Of a DNA stretch of 52,093 nt, positions 35,184 through 45,673 are shown piece after piece. The DNA comes from Ministeria vibrans ATCC 50519 (Eukaryota > Protista > Filasterea). The notes beneath the pieces are model-generated. The model was not told the DNA's origin. It searched no databases and worked only from the letters and a program-made list of their open reading frames with translations. Within the stretch, counting starts at the first letter, position 1, and each line of letters starts with the position of its first letter. The stretch lies in assembly GCA_943704425.1 (NCBI GenBank), contig CALSCP010001345.1:1-52093 (forward strand), read 5' to 3'. The translations under genes were made by a program, and so were the position numbers.

Positions 35184-35997
35184 AGACGTGATTTGTCATC
35201 AGAATCCATGAGAAATAAACGGAAATCATATCCGTACCAACATTGATCTCCTCCAGCTTAGCATCCATCGTCGCATCGACGGCGGCGTTCTGCAAGCTTC
35301 CCTGCACGAGAATTGATGGTTTGCGGTTACAAAAATAATCATGAATTCTGTCGCAGTGACGTTGATTGACATTCTCGTAGCGATCTCGCCGCATACGGCC
35401 GTATATGCTTGGTATGTATATGGATTATGGTGTGATGTGACATGTGTTTGGGAGGCAACGCGAGGGGAAACGCGAACGAACCGAGTCTTTTCCAGTTTTT
35501 TTTTTATGTGTGTGCGCGTGGGAAGAAACCGCAAATCACACGCGATCGATCGGCAAGTTGAAAAAAAAACTCCAAACGTAGACATGATGCGGCATGCCAA
35601 CGCCTGATTTGTGTATATGAGGGCAATGAAGAGTGCCAAGTAATGTTGGCGCTATGGCACACATTTACGGATGGCTGTTGGCAAGCAGAGGCAGAGGAAA
35701 GCGATCATGGGCTGTAAACGCTGTAAACCACAACGAAATCGCAGATCGACACACGAGACGAAGGAACGATTATATTCAGTCATTCCAAGCCTGCTAGACG
35801 CCAGTCAAGCATGGAGTGGTGAACTGTAACTTGTAGAAGCTTCTTTGCTTCATGAAAAAGAAAAGACGACCGAAAAAAAAATATAAAAAAAAGCGCCGAA
35901 CCTGACGTTGAGTGACTTGCACGGCTGCATTAGCGCCAGCCGTGATTTGAAGGACAAACATGGCAATTGCCACTACCGCTAGTGTAGCAACTCGCAT
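33647..35997 (-). CDS. Secreted protein: signal peptide, Ser/Ala-rich repeat exons, then CxxCxxG(Y) cysteine-repeat exons (TNFR/ephrin-receptor-like); 3'-truncated
   Basis: MRVATLAVVAIAMFVLQITAGANA signal peptide; EVKAASSDSLAATSS repeats; ...RSTRAYCSAGYY...CAGCPSRK|YSPASWGTSSCRNCAAGY|YNAQSYQSSCRSCGPGT|YSPSYASACTNCQTGR|gtaag. Exons between ~35310 and ~35900 are unresolved. Confidence 0.75.
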
Positions 35998-36276
35998 TTT
36001 TGCGCTCAAGGAAAAAAAATCACTGAAATTTTTTGGTTTCAATATATTATTCTGATCATCGCAAGAAAAGATATTCCGTCTACTCCGATAGCTCATAGCT
36101 CATGCCTCATAGCTGATAGCTTATAAGCTCATGCCTCATAGCCTACCTTTAACTTTGCTTTCCACAGTGCACAACGATATTAGCAGAAACTCATAAATAA
36201 ATCACACCTGGGGCTTTCACTTTATTGATACCGACACCTCGCTCGCTAACATCGCCGACGAATGCACTTTATTTGA

Positions 36277-38119
36277 TCATTTCTCTTCCTTGAAGCGCAT
36301 AATCACCTATGAAAGTGAGAGAGTAAAAAATTGTGTATGTATGTACGTATGTGTATGTCTGTGTGAGGGAGAGATATGAGAGANNNNNNNNAGAGAGAAA
36401 AAACAAAGTGATAGAAAGAGACAAAGTGATAGAGAGAGACAAAGTGATAGAGAGAGACAAAGTGATAGAGAGAGAAAAAAACAAAGTGATAGAAAGAGAC
36501 AAAGTGATAGAAAGAGACAAAGTGATAGAGAGAGAGAAAGAAACAAAGTGATAGAGAGAGAAAGAAACAAAGTGATAGAAAGAGACAAAGTGATAGAGAG
36601 AGAGAGAGAGAGATGTCGTGTCTGGTCAAACCTTTCCGATGTTCTTGCGTTCGGTGATGCGTTGTGCGGCCGAGTGGATGTCTTCCGCGCTGTGCACGGA
36701 GTCCAGCTGCGGCTTGATGACTCCCTCTTCGTACATGCCAATCAGCCGCTTCATCCACACCGAAATGCGCTCCACCTCACTCCACAAGTGTCCCATGCTA
36801 CGAACAAGGATGTCAGTGCATAGCAAATGAACAAGATTTTAAACAAATTTTCTCTGTGTGTCTTTCTCCCTGCAAATGACTTTCCCTCCTCTCTCCCTTT
36901 TCGCGCTGTTCGTACTTGAATCCAGCCACTGCGCGATTGTCGTCCATGAGACTCATGGAGCTGATCTTAAATGAATTTGTGAGGTACTCCTTTGCGACGT
37001 GAAAGATGGATCGTTGTTCGCCCGTCACAAATTTGCTCGCTCCGAACTCAATCACAATGCCCATAGGGGCTGCGAAAAAAAAAAAAAAAAAAAAAGGAGT
37101 GTGTAAAATCCCAGTGAGAGTAACATGCCCGTGAGGCCTACCAACAAGACGATAGTTCTTCTGCAGATCCGATCCGAGCGGGTCCAGAATCATGTCCATT
37201 CCTTTGGGGCGCAATTGCTTGATCTCCGTCTCGTAGTCCCTACGCACGTCGCGCATTCAGAACACTCCGTGCAGAACCAATCCACACTGCACTTGCCCTT
37301 ACTTTGTGCGGTAGTCGATAGGATGGTGGACGCCGTTCTCGCGGATGGCGTCGTGCTTGGCTGGGCTGGCCGTTCCGTAAACAGTCACATTGGGCACCGT
37401 CTTGGCCAGTTGCGCCGCCGCAAAGCCTACAGTTGCCACGCACACTGTGCGTCAGTGACTATGCTACAACACTCACTGGCATACCGACACCGCCGCTTGC
37501 CATGTGCACCAGAAGATGGCCGCCCTCCTTGATGTTGCCCACCTCAAACATCATCAGTGCGGCAGTCAGGTAATTCACTGGAATTGCCGCTCCCTCGTCC
37601 ATCGTCATCTTCGAGGGCATTTCAAACACCTGGGCGGCTTTGACACGCACCTGCTCGGCCTACATTCGGCAGCAGAGAGGGCGGGGGTGAGTGGCAGTCG
37701 TGGCGCGCAGTGCGGTCTGTGTTACCCATGCGCCGAATCGCGAGAGCAGCACAACGCGCATGCCGACTGCAATGTGCTGCACCGACGCGCCCCGGGCTAC
37801 AACAATGCCGGCTCCCTCGTATCCCAGGACGGAGGGAGTCGGAGGCGCGTCAGGATAGAGTCCCTGGAGAGTCCAAAGAAGCGTCAGCGCAACTTAACGG
37901 ACCACATTTCCCTTCCGTACCTGCGACGCCATGATTTCAGCAAAGTTGAGCCCCACCGAGTGCATGTCCACCACAACCTAAGCACCAACGCCCGTGTGAC
38001 GCAAGCGCGTGCGTCGTGCGGCGGCGTACCTCGTCGTCCGCCGGCGCACCCACCGCCGGCACGTCCCTCACCGCCCACGACTTAATCCCCCCGCGATCAG
38101 GCAGCACAATAGCGCGCAT
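36277..38119 (-). CDS. VAT1: VAT-1-like NADPH-dependent quinone oxidoreductase (MDR superfamily), multi-exon
   Basis: GLNFAEIMASQGLYP..P.VLGYEGAG, AAIPVNYLTA, LVHMASGGVG, VFGTAS..KHDA, HPIDY, ERKNIGKVIM. Confidence 0.85.
36392..36612 (-). repeat. Intronic minisatellite, unit ~TCTCTATCACTTTGT(C/T)TC, about 10 copies
   Basis: Tandem ACAAAGTGATAGA(G/A)AGAG units in the last VAT1 intron. Confidence 0.92.
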
Positions 38120-38262
38120 TGCAATTTTGTAAACTATGTGCAATAGAAATGATGACAGTGAGGTGACGAACTGAGTTCACTCTTGACTCAATCTGAATAA
38201 TTTTCAAATTTTGTTGTATTCAGTAATTCAGAGTTCAGACAATTGTGAAGCAACTACGAGCC

Positions 38263-38890
38263 ATGTCAAAGCCCTCGACCAAGAAGGTGCCGGTCGCGGT
38301 TGAAGAACAGCGCGACGACGCTGAAACGAAAACACCTGAAGAACTTTCGGCTTTTGTAAGTTTACGACTCTCGGTGTCTTTCTCTGTCTCTCTCCTCTCT
38401 TGACGCCACTGTGGCTCGTCCCTCGACATGTACCTTTGTGTTGCATCACACACTGTCTGTCCACGCCAATGTGGCGGCATCGCAGTGCCTCCATTGTTCT
38501 CTTTCGTCTCGTTGCTACGCCATCATTTTTTAACTAACTCTCTTGTCTTCTCTCTCTTTTCTCTCTCTTTCGCTCTTCATTCACTCTTCACGCAGGTACA
38601 AACACTGCTCACTCAAATGGTACGTTTGTGACAGTCGTGTCCTTGAAACCCCTCGTGTCGTGCGTCGTCTTGTGCGATCCGCTGTGGATTTCTCAACAGA
38701 CACTTTGGCTCTCCATTCTTTGTGTGTGTCTCTCTGACTGTCTATGTAGCAAGATAAGTTCAAGCTGATGAGCGAGACGATCATCAGCAAGATTGACGAC
38801 ATGGGCAGCCGCATTGACGATCTTGAGAAGCACGTTGGCGACATGATGCAGCAGGCGGGCGTCGACGACGAGCACCTTCCGAAGCAGTAG
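38263..38890 (+). CDS. HSBP1: Heat shock factor-binding protein 1, 3 exons
   Basis: Spliced ...KTPEELSAF|VQTLLTQM|[37 protein letters not shown] matches HSBP1 ([35 protein letters not shown]). Confidence 0.93.
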
Positions 38891-39305
38891 TTTCGCCATG
38901 ACCCGCTTGCTTGTACACTTTCTCCTTCTTCTTCTTTTTCTTCCTTTTGTCCATTCGCCAATCGCAATTGGCTTTTTGAGCTGTGTCGTCGGTTATGATG
39001 GATTAGGATCAGAGTAGGAAGACTCTGTTTAAAAACTGTTTGTCGATCGACACTTTGTCCCTTTCGACTGGACTAGAGCCTAAAGACTCTTCATTTTGTG
39101 ATTGACTTTCACATGTCGCGTCAAGCCAAGCATCTCTTGCTCATGTGTGCACAGCACTCCCTGTTTGAACTATCGGTCCCAAACATTGCCCGTCGTCAAG
39201 ACTCACGACTCACGATGGAAACTGATTAGAAATTGAAAAATGGCTTCAGCACGTCTGGCACTCAAGCATCGTCCTCTATACATCACTGTCACTTTTCATT
39301 ATCTT

Positions 39306-39841
39306 CTACAATGGAGTCTTCTTGCGCGGTCGTGGACTCTTCTCATCACTAGACTCACTGGCATACCGTTTCAGTGACACAGGAACCCGGCGCACGTCGC
39401 TGTCACTGCGCTCAAGTAACGGTGGTGCCCGCAGCAAATCGGTGACGGAGTGCGTAGACCGCTCGAGCCCATACGTCGCAATCGCCTGCGTCAGTGCTGC
39501 ACTGTGTGTGGTCGGCACAATTCGCCGGTTATGGGCCAGGATCATCGCCTCTCTGTTGCGCTGCACAAAACGAAACATAGCCATAGTCAGAAAAGAGTCC
39601 CCAAACCAGATGGCGAGGCAAATAGACTTAGCCAAACAAACGCAAATAACAATAAAATTAATAATAATAATAACAATAACAATAACAATAACAATAACAA
39701 TAATAACAATAACAATAATAATAATAATAATAGAATAGAATAAGAATAGAATAATAATAGTAATAGTAATAATAATAGAATAAGAATAGAATAAGAATAA
39801 GAATAGAATAATAATAGAATAATAATAACAATAATAATAAC

Positions 39842-39878
<37 letters not shown>

Positions 39879-41069
39879 GAATAAGAATAGAATAATAATA
39901 ATAGTAATAATAATAATAATAATAGTAATAATATAAACACGAATAAATAATAATGATAATAATTATTATTATTATTATTATTATATTAATTTATCATCAT
40001 AACAGCAATCGTACCAGTGTTATGGCCAGCACAACATGATCGTACGTAATGGATTTGCACAGCAGGTCCTTGATGGGTGCCAATCGCGACGTGTCTACGT
40101 GCCACATTGTTCATTGTGATCGTTCTCCCTCCTTTAGTATCATACCATTTTGAATGGCTGGCGACGTAATCACTTCCATGATCTCATCGTATTCTTTGGG
40201 AGTGAGATTGCACACCAGCAACATGTCCACTCCCTTGAGACCGTATGCAAGACAGTTACACAGGTGACGCACAATCGACTGCACTGTCAGGTTGCGCGCA
40301 TTTGCCACAGCCTCCTATCAAAATTGCGTGCAAATGGCGCTGGATTAGAACTTAAAAACGAGAGGTGTACAACCATCACATTGCGTCACCTTGGTCTTCA
40401 GTTGTTGAATCATCCGTAGTGTCTCCAGCGACGTCTCGTTGGGCTCGAGTAAACGCGGCTCAACACGCACAGGACCAACACGGGTGCTGACAACGAGAAC
40501 GGGCGCATCCACAGGCGACGTCGGCTCAATGACAATTCGGCCAAAGTCGTCGGGCACACCCGTGGCAGAAGGATCAGGACGCGGCGTCGAGCCGATGACC
40601 GGCGCCGACAGCAAAGATTGTGCAGCAGAGACCGATGGAGAAGATACGCGTACTGGCACAGCGGCGGCAGCTGCTTCTGGCCTGGGACGCATGTACGAGA
40701 GAATGTCAGCGGATCGTTTTGAGGGAGAAGTCTGCGGCGACTTTGATGATGCGTGTTGCACTTGAGAAAGATCCATGTCCGTCGTCGTAGTAGTAGGAGT
40801 AGCAGTAGTACATGTAGGATCGGTGGCTACATCGACGTCCATTGGCATACTGTGACGTGTCGAGTGCTCTCGGATCTAAATATATCAAACACAATAAATA
40901 CGATTCCTATACATGCAAGGCACACAAAAAGCTTACAATGTCGAGGGCAGCTCGCCCGTACTGATTGGCAAAAAGAACCGAGACCCCTTCAATATTCAAA
41001 AGCGCCTCGAGAGTCGACGGCCTGCAACCGAGAGAGTATGAATATATATTTATAATAATAAAAGAATTG

Positions 41070-41109
<40 letters not shown>

Positions 41110-43913
41110 GTGTGTGTGTGTGTCACATGTTTTTCCATTTTTGCAACTTTGCACACACGCGTTTCTCATTTTTTTTACCTGACGCGACTGAGTTGGTAGA
41201 GTGCGCCCGACCCAATAAGCGAGTAAGGTGTTGTGTCGGCTGCACGTGCCCACTCCGAGCGTGCACTGACAAGAGCCGTCGACAGCTGTCGCATGTGTCC
41301 ATCGAGAGGGCTCTTGGGCGCAAATGGGCTTCGCGATGTCGCCAAAGACGATGACGACGATGTGCCTCCAAAACCACCTGCACGCACACTCGTCTGTGGT
41401 CTCTCCGCCGCCAACATCACCTGATTCGGCTCCACTTCCAACGTTTCCTTGCCAGCCTTTGCCAGTGCCAGCCAATCACGACCCTTTGTCGAAATACCAA
41501 GCACGCTGTAGTCGCGCAGCGGACGTGACTAACACAACAACAATTTAAAAAGAAAAAAAAATATAATATATAAATTAATTATAACGCGATGCCCAATTCA
41601 ATTTTGTAGAATGCGTTGTATCATACCTCCGCCATGCTATGCATCATGAGCAACTTCACAAATGCATTCCACCATTTGACATTGTGGTGGCGTCCCTGGC
41701 CATACTACAAGACGACCAACAAGGGTTTCAGTTCCTTCTAAATCTTTGTTTCTTACAAACTCTCCTCTCTATCACTTTGTCTGTTTCTCTCTCCTCTCCG
41801 TTTTTTTCTGTCTCCTCGCTATTACCGTGGAGAGGCGCATCAGATGCTCCTGCATCTTGGCCGACTTGGAGCCAACGAGTACATTCACATAGGTGGTCGT
41901 GCCGTACGTGTTCCGTGCCAGCTCCATTGTCTCAAGCATCAACGAGGCGTCTCGCGTGTAGTCAATCGTCCGAGAGGCGCCCGGCTTTGTTTCGCGAGCG
42001 CGCATACAATTGTCGCAGTTGCCACAGGCGTCGCCCCACGACGGCGATGACTCGCCAAAGTACTCGAGAAGGATTTTCCGGCGGCACGTCGTCGCGAGCA
42101 AAAGGCTTTCCATGCGTTCCATCATTTTGAGGCGGTGCGTGTAGAATTCGGGGGGGCGATGATTGGCGTCGAGTGGCACATTGAAGGCACCCTTGCTGGT
42201 AGAGGAGAAGCCATCATGGGCGGCCGCATTGGTCGTGGTGCTTTCGGACGAGTAGGTGAGCTGAACAAGTCGACGATTCGATGCAAAGTCGCCCACTTGG
42301 TAGAAGACCACACACCGACTGGGGTTTCCGTCGCGCCCCGCACGTCCAATCTCCTGATAGTACGACTCGAGGTCCTTGGGCGCACCAAAGTGTCCAATGA
42401 GGCGAACATCAGGCTTGTCAATGCCCATGCCAAAGGCAACCGTCGCCACCATGCACGGCATTTCGTCGCGCGTAAACTTACGATGCAGCATGGAGCGCTG
42501 GTCGGTGCTCATGCCGGCGTGGTAGGCGGCACAGACAATGCCTTGTCGCCCTAGATTGACCGCAGTCTCTTCGGTCATCTTGCGCGTGCCACAGTACACA
42601 ATGGAGGAGCCTTGACCCTCGCGAATCAGTTGGGCAAGCTCGACGATTGAGCCTGGTCCACGAATGCGTGCCTCCATCATCAGGTTAGGACGATCACATG
42701 AGGTGCGAAAGACCCGCGGACTAGCCAAGTGCAAGGATTTGATCATGTCGGAAATGACCACGTTAGTCGCTGTTGCAGTCATGGCAACAATGGGCACGGA
42801 GGGTGCGTGCCGACGCAGTTGGTCGCCCACCGTGCGGTACGCAATGCGAAACTCGTGACCCCAGCTCGAGACACAGTGGGCCTCGTCGACAGCAATGAGA
42901 GCGAGTTGCGATGCGCCAGAAAGCTCGCGCACCAACTGCTGCCCTTCGGTGTGCTCGAGGTACTCGGGTGTAACATAGACGACGCGCATTTCGCCGGCAA
43001 GCAGCCGAGTTCGCACACCCATTGGGTCCTTTTGCGACGAACCGAAAAAGCAGGCGTTGACACCACGCTGACGCAGACCATCAACCTGATCCTCCATCAG
43101 TGAAATAAGCGGGCTCACGACAAGCGCCGTCTTCCGTGCACTCACTGCTGGAAACTGATAGCACAAGGACTTGCCACTGCCGGTTGCCATCACACAAACA
43201 CAGTCAACACCGGCACGCACTGCGCGGATTACTTCGAGCTGGTTGGCACGGAAGGACGAGTGCCCAAAGTGATGTTTGAGAATGGCAATGTCTGCTGCGT
43301 CGACCCTGTCGGGTTGCAGCGAACGCGCCTCGACCTGCACAACGCTAAGAGGTGTGTCGTCAATAGCACCAGGAGGCACCCCGTGAGAAGCAAAGTCAGC
43401 CGTCGTTGTCGTCGTCGTCGTCGTCGTCGTCGTTGTTGGCGCCGTTGCCGTTGCGCGTGAAGTTGACTCTTGGTACGCCACCGTCGCCAAGGCGAGCTTT
43501 TCGGCCGCCAGCAAATCCGCCTCAAGCGTGTCGGTCTCATTATAGTCGTAGGTGGCGTTCGACTCGACGTCGGAGTCCCCTTCGTCGCGTCGCGTCGGTT
43601 CCGTCGTCGACGCGTTCTCGTCGCCAACGAGTTCGCCGCCGTGAACTGTTTCCGAATCATCATCGTCATAACTGTGCATGGGCACAACCGCAGCGGACGC
43701 CACAGCAGCAACTGCTGCCTGTGTGTCTGGCGCGAGAAGGGAGGCAGCGGCAGAAGCAGGCGACGCGAATGTCACGGTCGAAAGACATTTGCCCGTCTCT
43801 TGCGCGTCCTTTGCTGGCAATTCGATGCCGGCAGCATCGGCGAGTGCAACTGCCTCGAGCAAGAAGGCGTCATCAAAATCGTCATACTTGGAAAAGCTGT
43901 CCTCCTCCTCCAT
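39306..43913 (-). CDS. WRN-like RecQ helicase (helicase, RQC, HRDC, C-terminal HTH); no exonuclease domain
   Basis: MATGSGKSLCYQ, DEAHCVSSWGHEFR, ATVAFGMGIDKPDVR, APKDLESYYQEIGRAGRDG, CRR..LEYF..CGNCDNC, HRDC-like RPSTLEALLNIEGVS. The 3' exons were traced with lower certainty. Confidence 0.88.
39655..39990. repeat. Compound (TAA)/(ACAATA)/(AGAAT) microsatellite in a RecQ intron
   Basis: Seen directly in the sequence. Confidence 0.92.
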
Positions 43914-44203
43914 CGTTCAACAAAGGAGCGATGAAACTTGAAAAAAAGTAACAATAATTCAAAAATTTAGTCAAAAGTCAAAAGTTGCAAAGACAAAAAA
44001 GTCCACCAAAAGTATAAAGGTCATTTGATGAACACCCAATTCATGTGCCCTTTGCGATCCCAAGTTATTCCCAACAGCCACAATGCAATACTTGGCACTA
44101 GAAAGTAGAAAATTGGTGTCAAAGTCGAATCTATAGGTATTTTGAGGCAGATAGGAACACTGTCACTGTTAGTCAGAAGTTGATTTTAGTTAGAATTGTT
44201 CCA

Positions 44204-45206
44204 ATGATTGCGACGCCGGACACGAAGGGCGAGTTCGTCTTGGGCGCGAACAGCCGATGCGGGCACATGACGGAGGGCCGTGGGCTGCGCAAGATTGCGT
44301 ATACGGTGAGCACAGCGACGCTGCTGGGCACACTCGTCGTCGGATGGACGGGCGTCCTTCTCGGAGTGCTCCCGCCGCATCCGACCGACGATTACGCAGG
44401 CGCCGCCGCCTTCTGTGCTCTCTGGATGGCTGTTTTTGCGTACGTTGACAATCGCGGCGAAAAGCGCACGTGGCAACAGGTTTGTGAGAGAACACCAAAA
44501 CTGAAACAACAAACCACAATCATTATGATTACGTCTTTGCTCTCTCTCCTTTCTCTATTTCATTTCTGCATTTTCCTTTCTTTCTTTCATATTATACACA
44601 ATATGCGTGTGATGGAGACTAAAGCTTAAATCATTTATGGTGTTCTTCTTCTTCTTCTAGAAAGGCGAAGAGTTCATTTATGTGTGGCTCTTGACGAGCG
44701 GTCTGGCTCAGTGCTTTTGGGAAGGTCCCTTTGTCCTGATGAAAACGACGTACCTGTACAAGCTGGACATTGAGAATCTGAAGCCAGCCGAGTACTGGCT
44801 GTGGCCATGGTGGGTATACGCCTGCGGTGACACGCGCTACATGAGACAGCACGAAGCGTCGCACGCCACCGAGACGCTCCTGGCACTCAGCGGACCCTTT
44901 GAGCTGCTTGCCGCCTACTGGATCAAGAAGCGTCGTCACTACAAGACGGCCATGTGCATTGCTGCTCTGACACACTGGGGCTTCTTCTGGGCCAACACTT
45001 CCGTCATTTACATTGGCGAAATCTACGCAGGCTATGCATCCATTGCCGATGGCTGGGCCGGCTACTGGATAAAGTGGGCCGGCATGAACCTGCAATGGTC
45101 TGTTCTCTCACCCCTGTGCACCGCTGTTGCCCTCTGGCTGCTCACCGTGCGCTCTCAGGAAGACGGCATTGCCGCCCATCTTAAGGGCAAGTCCAAATCC
45201 AAATAA
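44204..45206 (+). CDS. EBP/EXPERA-domain membrane protein (sterol isomerase-like), 2 exons
   Basis: WLLTSGLAQCFWEGPFV, WWVYACGDTRY, ETLLALSGP, MNLQW; KKXX-like C-terminus (KGKSKSK). Confidence 0.78.
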
Positions 45207-45244
45207 AAATATTATAAATTTATATAATTTTATATTATAAATAA

Positions 45245-45270
45245 TTTTTATTATTATTATAATTATTATA

Positions 45271-45301
<31 letters not shown>

Positions 45302-45375
45302 GGTATTATTATTATTATTATTATTATTATCGGTATTATTATTATTGTTGTTATTATTATTGTTATTATTATTAT
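45245..45375. repeat. Degenerate (ATT)n tract between convergent 3' ends
   Basis: Seen directly in the sequence. Confidence 0.9.
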
Positions 45376-45673
45376 TTTTATTACATTCTCGCCTTGAAGT
45401 CTACGGCGGAAGTATTGTGCTGCTTTTTGTTTTGTATATTGTCTTGTTTTGACATTGAGTACAGCTCTCGATTCTCTATTTATTTTCCTATTATTATTAT
45501 TATTATTATTATTATAGTAAGAAGAAGAATACCACAACCCATTATTTTATAGAGAACGTTTCACTATTCTTTAATAATTCAACTAAAAATATTATTATCC
45601 TTCTTCTCTTCTTCTACTTATCAAGTTGGTAAACAACTGTTTGCGTTGACAATATACATTGAGTAACGCTCAT

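Noticed and set aside
36392-36612. CRISPR-like array
   Set aside because: The units are directly tandem with no unique spacers, there are no cas genes, and the context is a eukaryotic intron.
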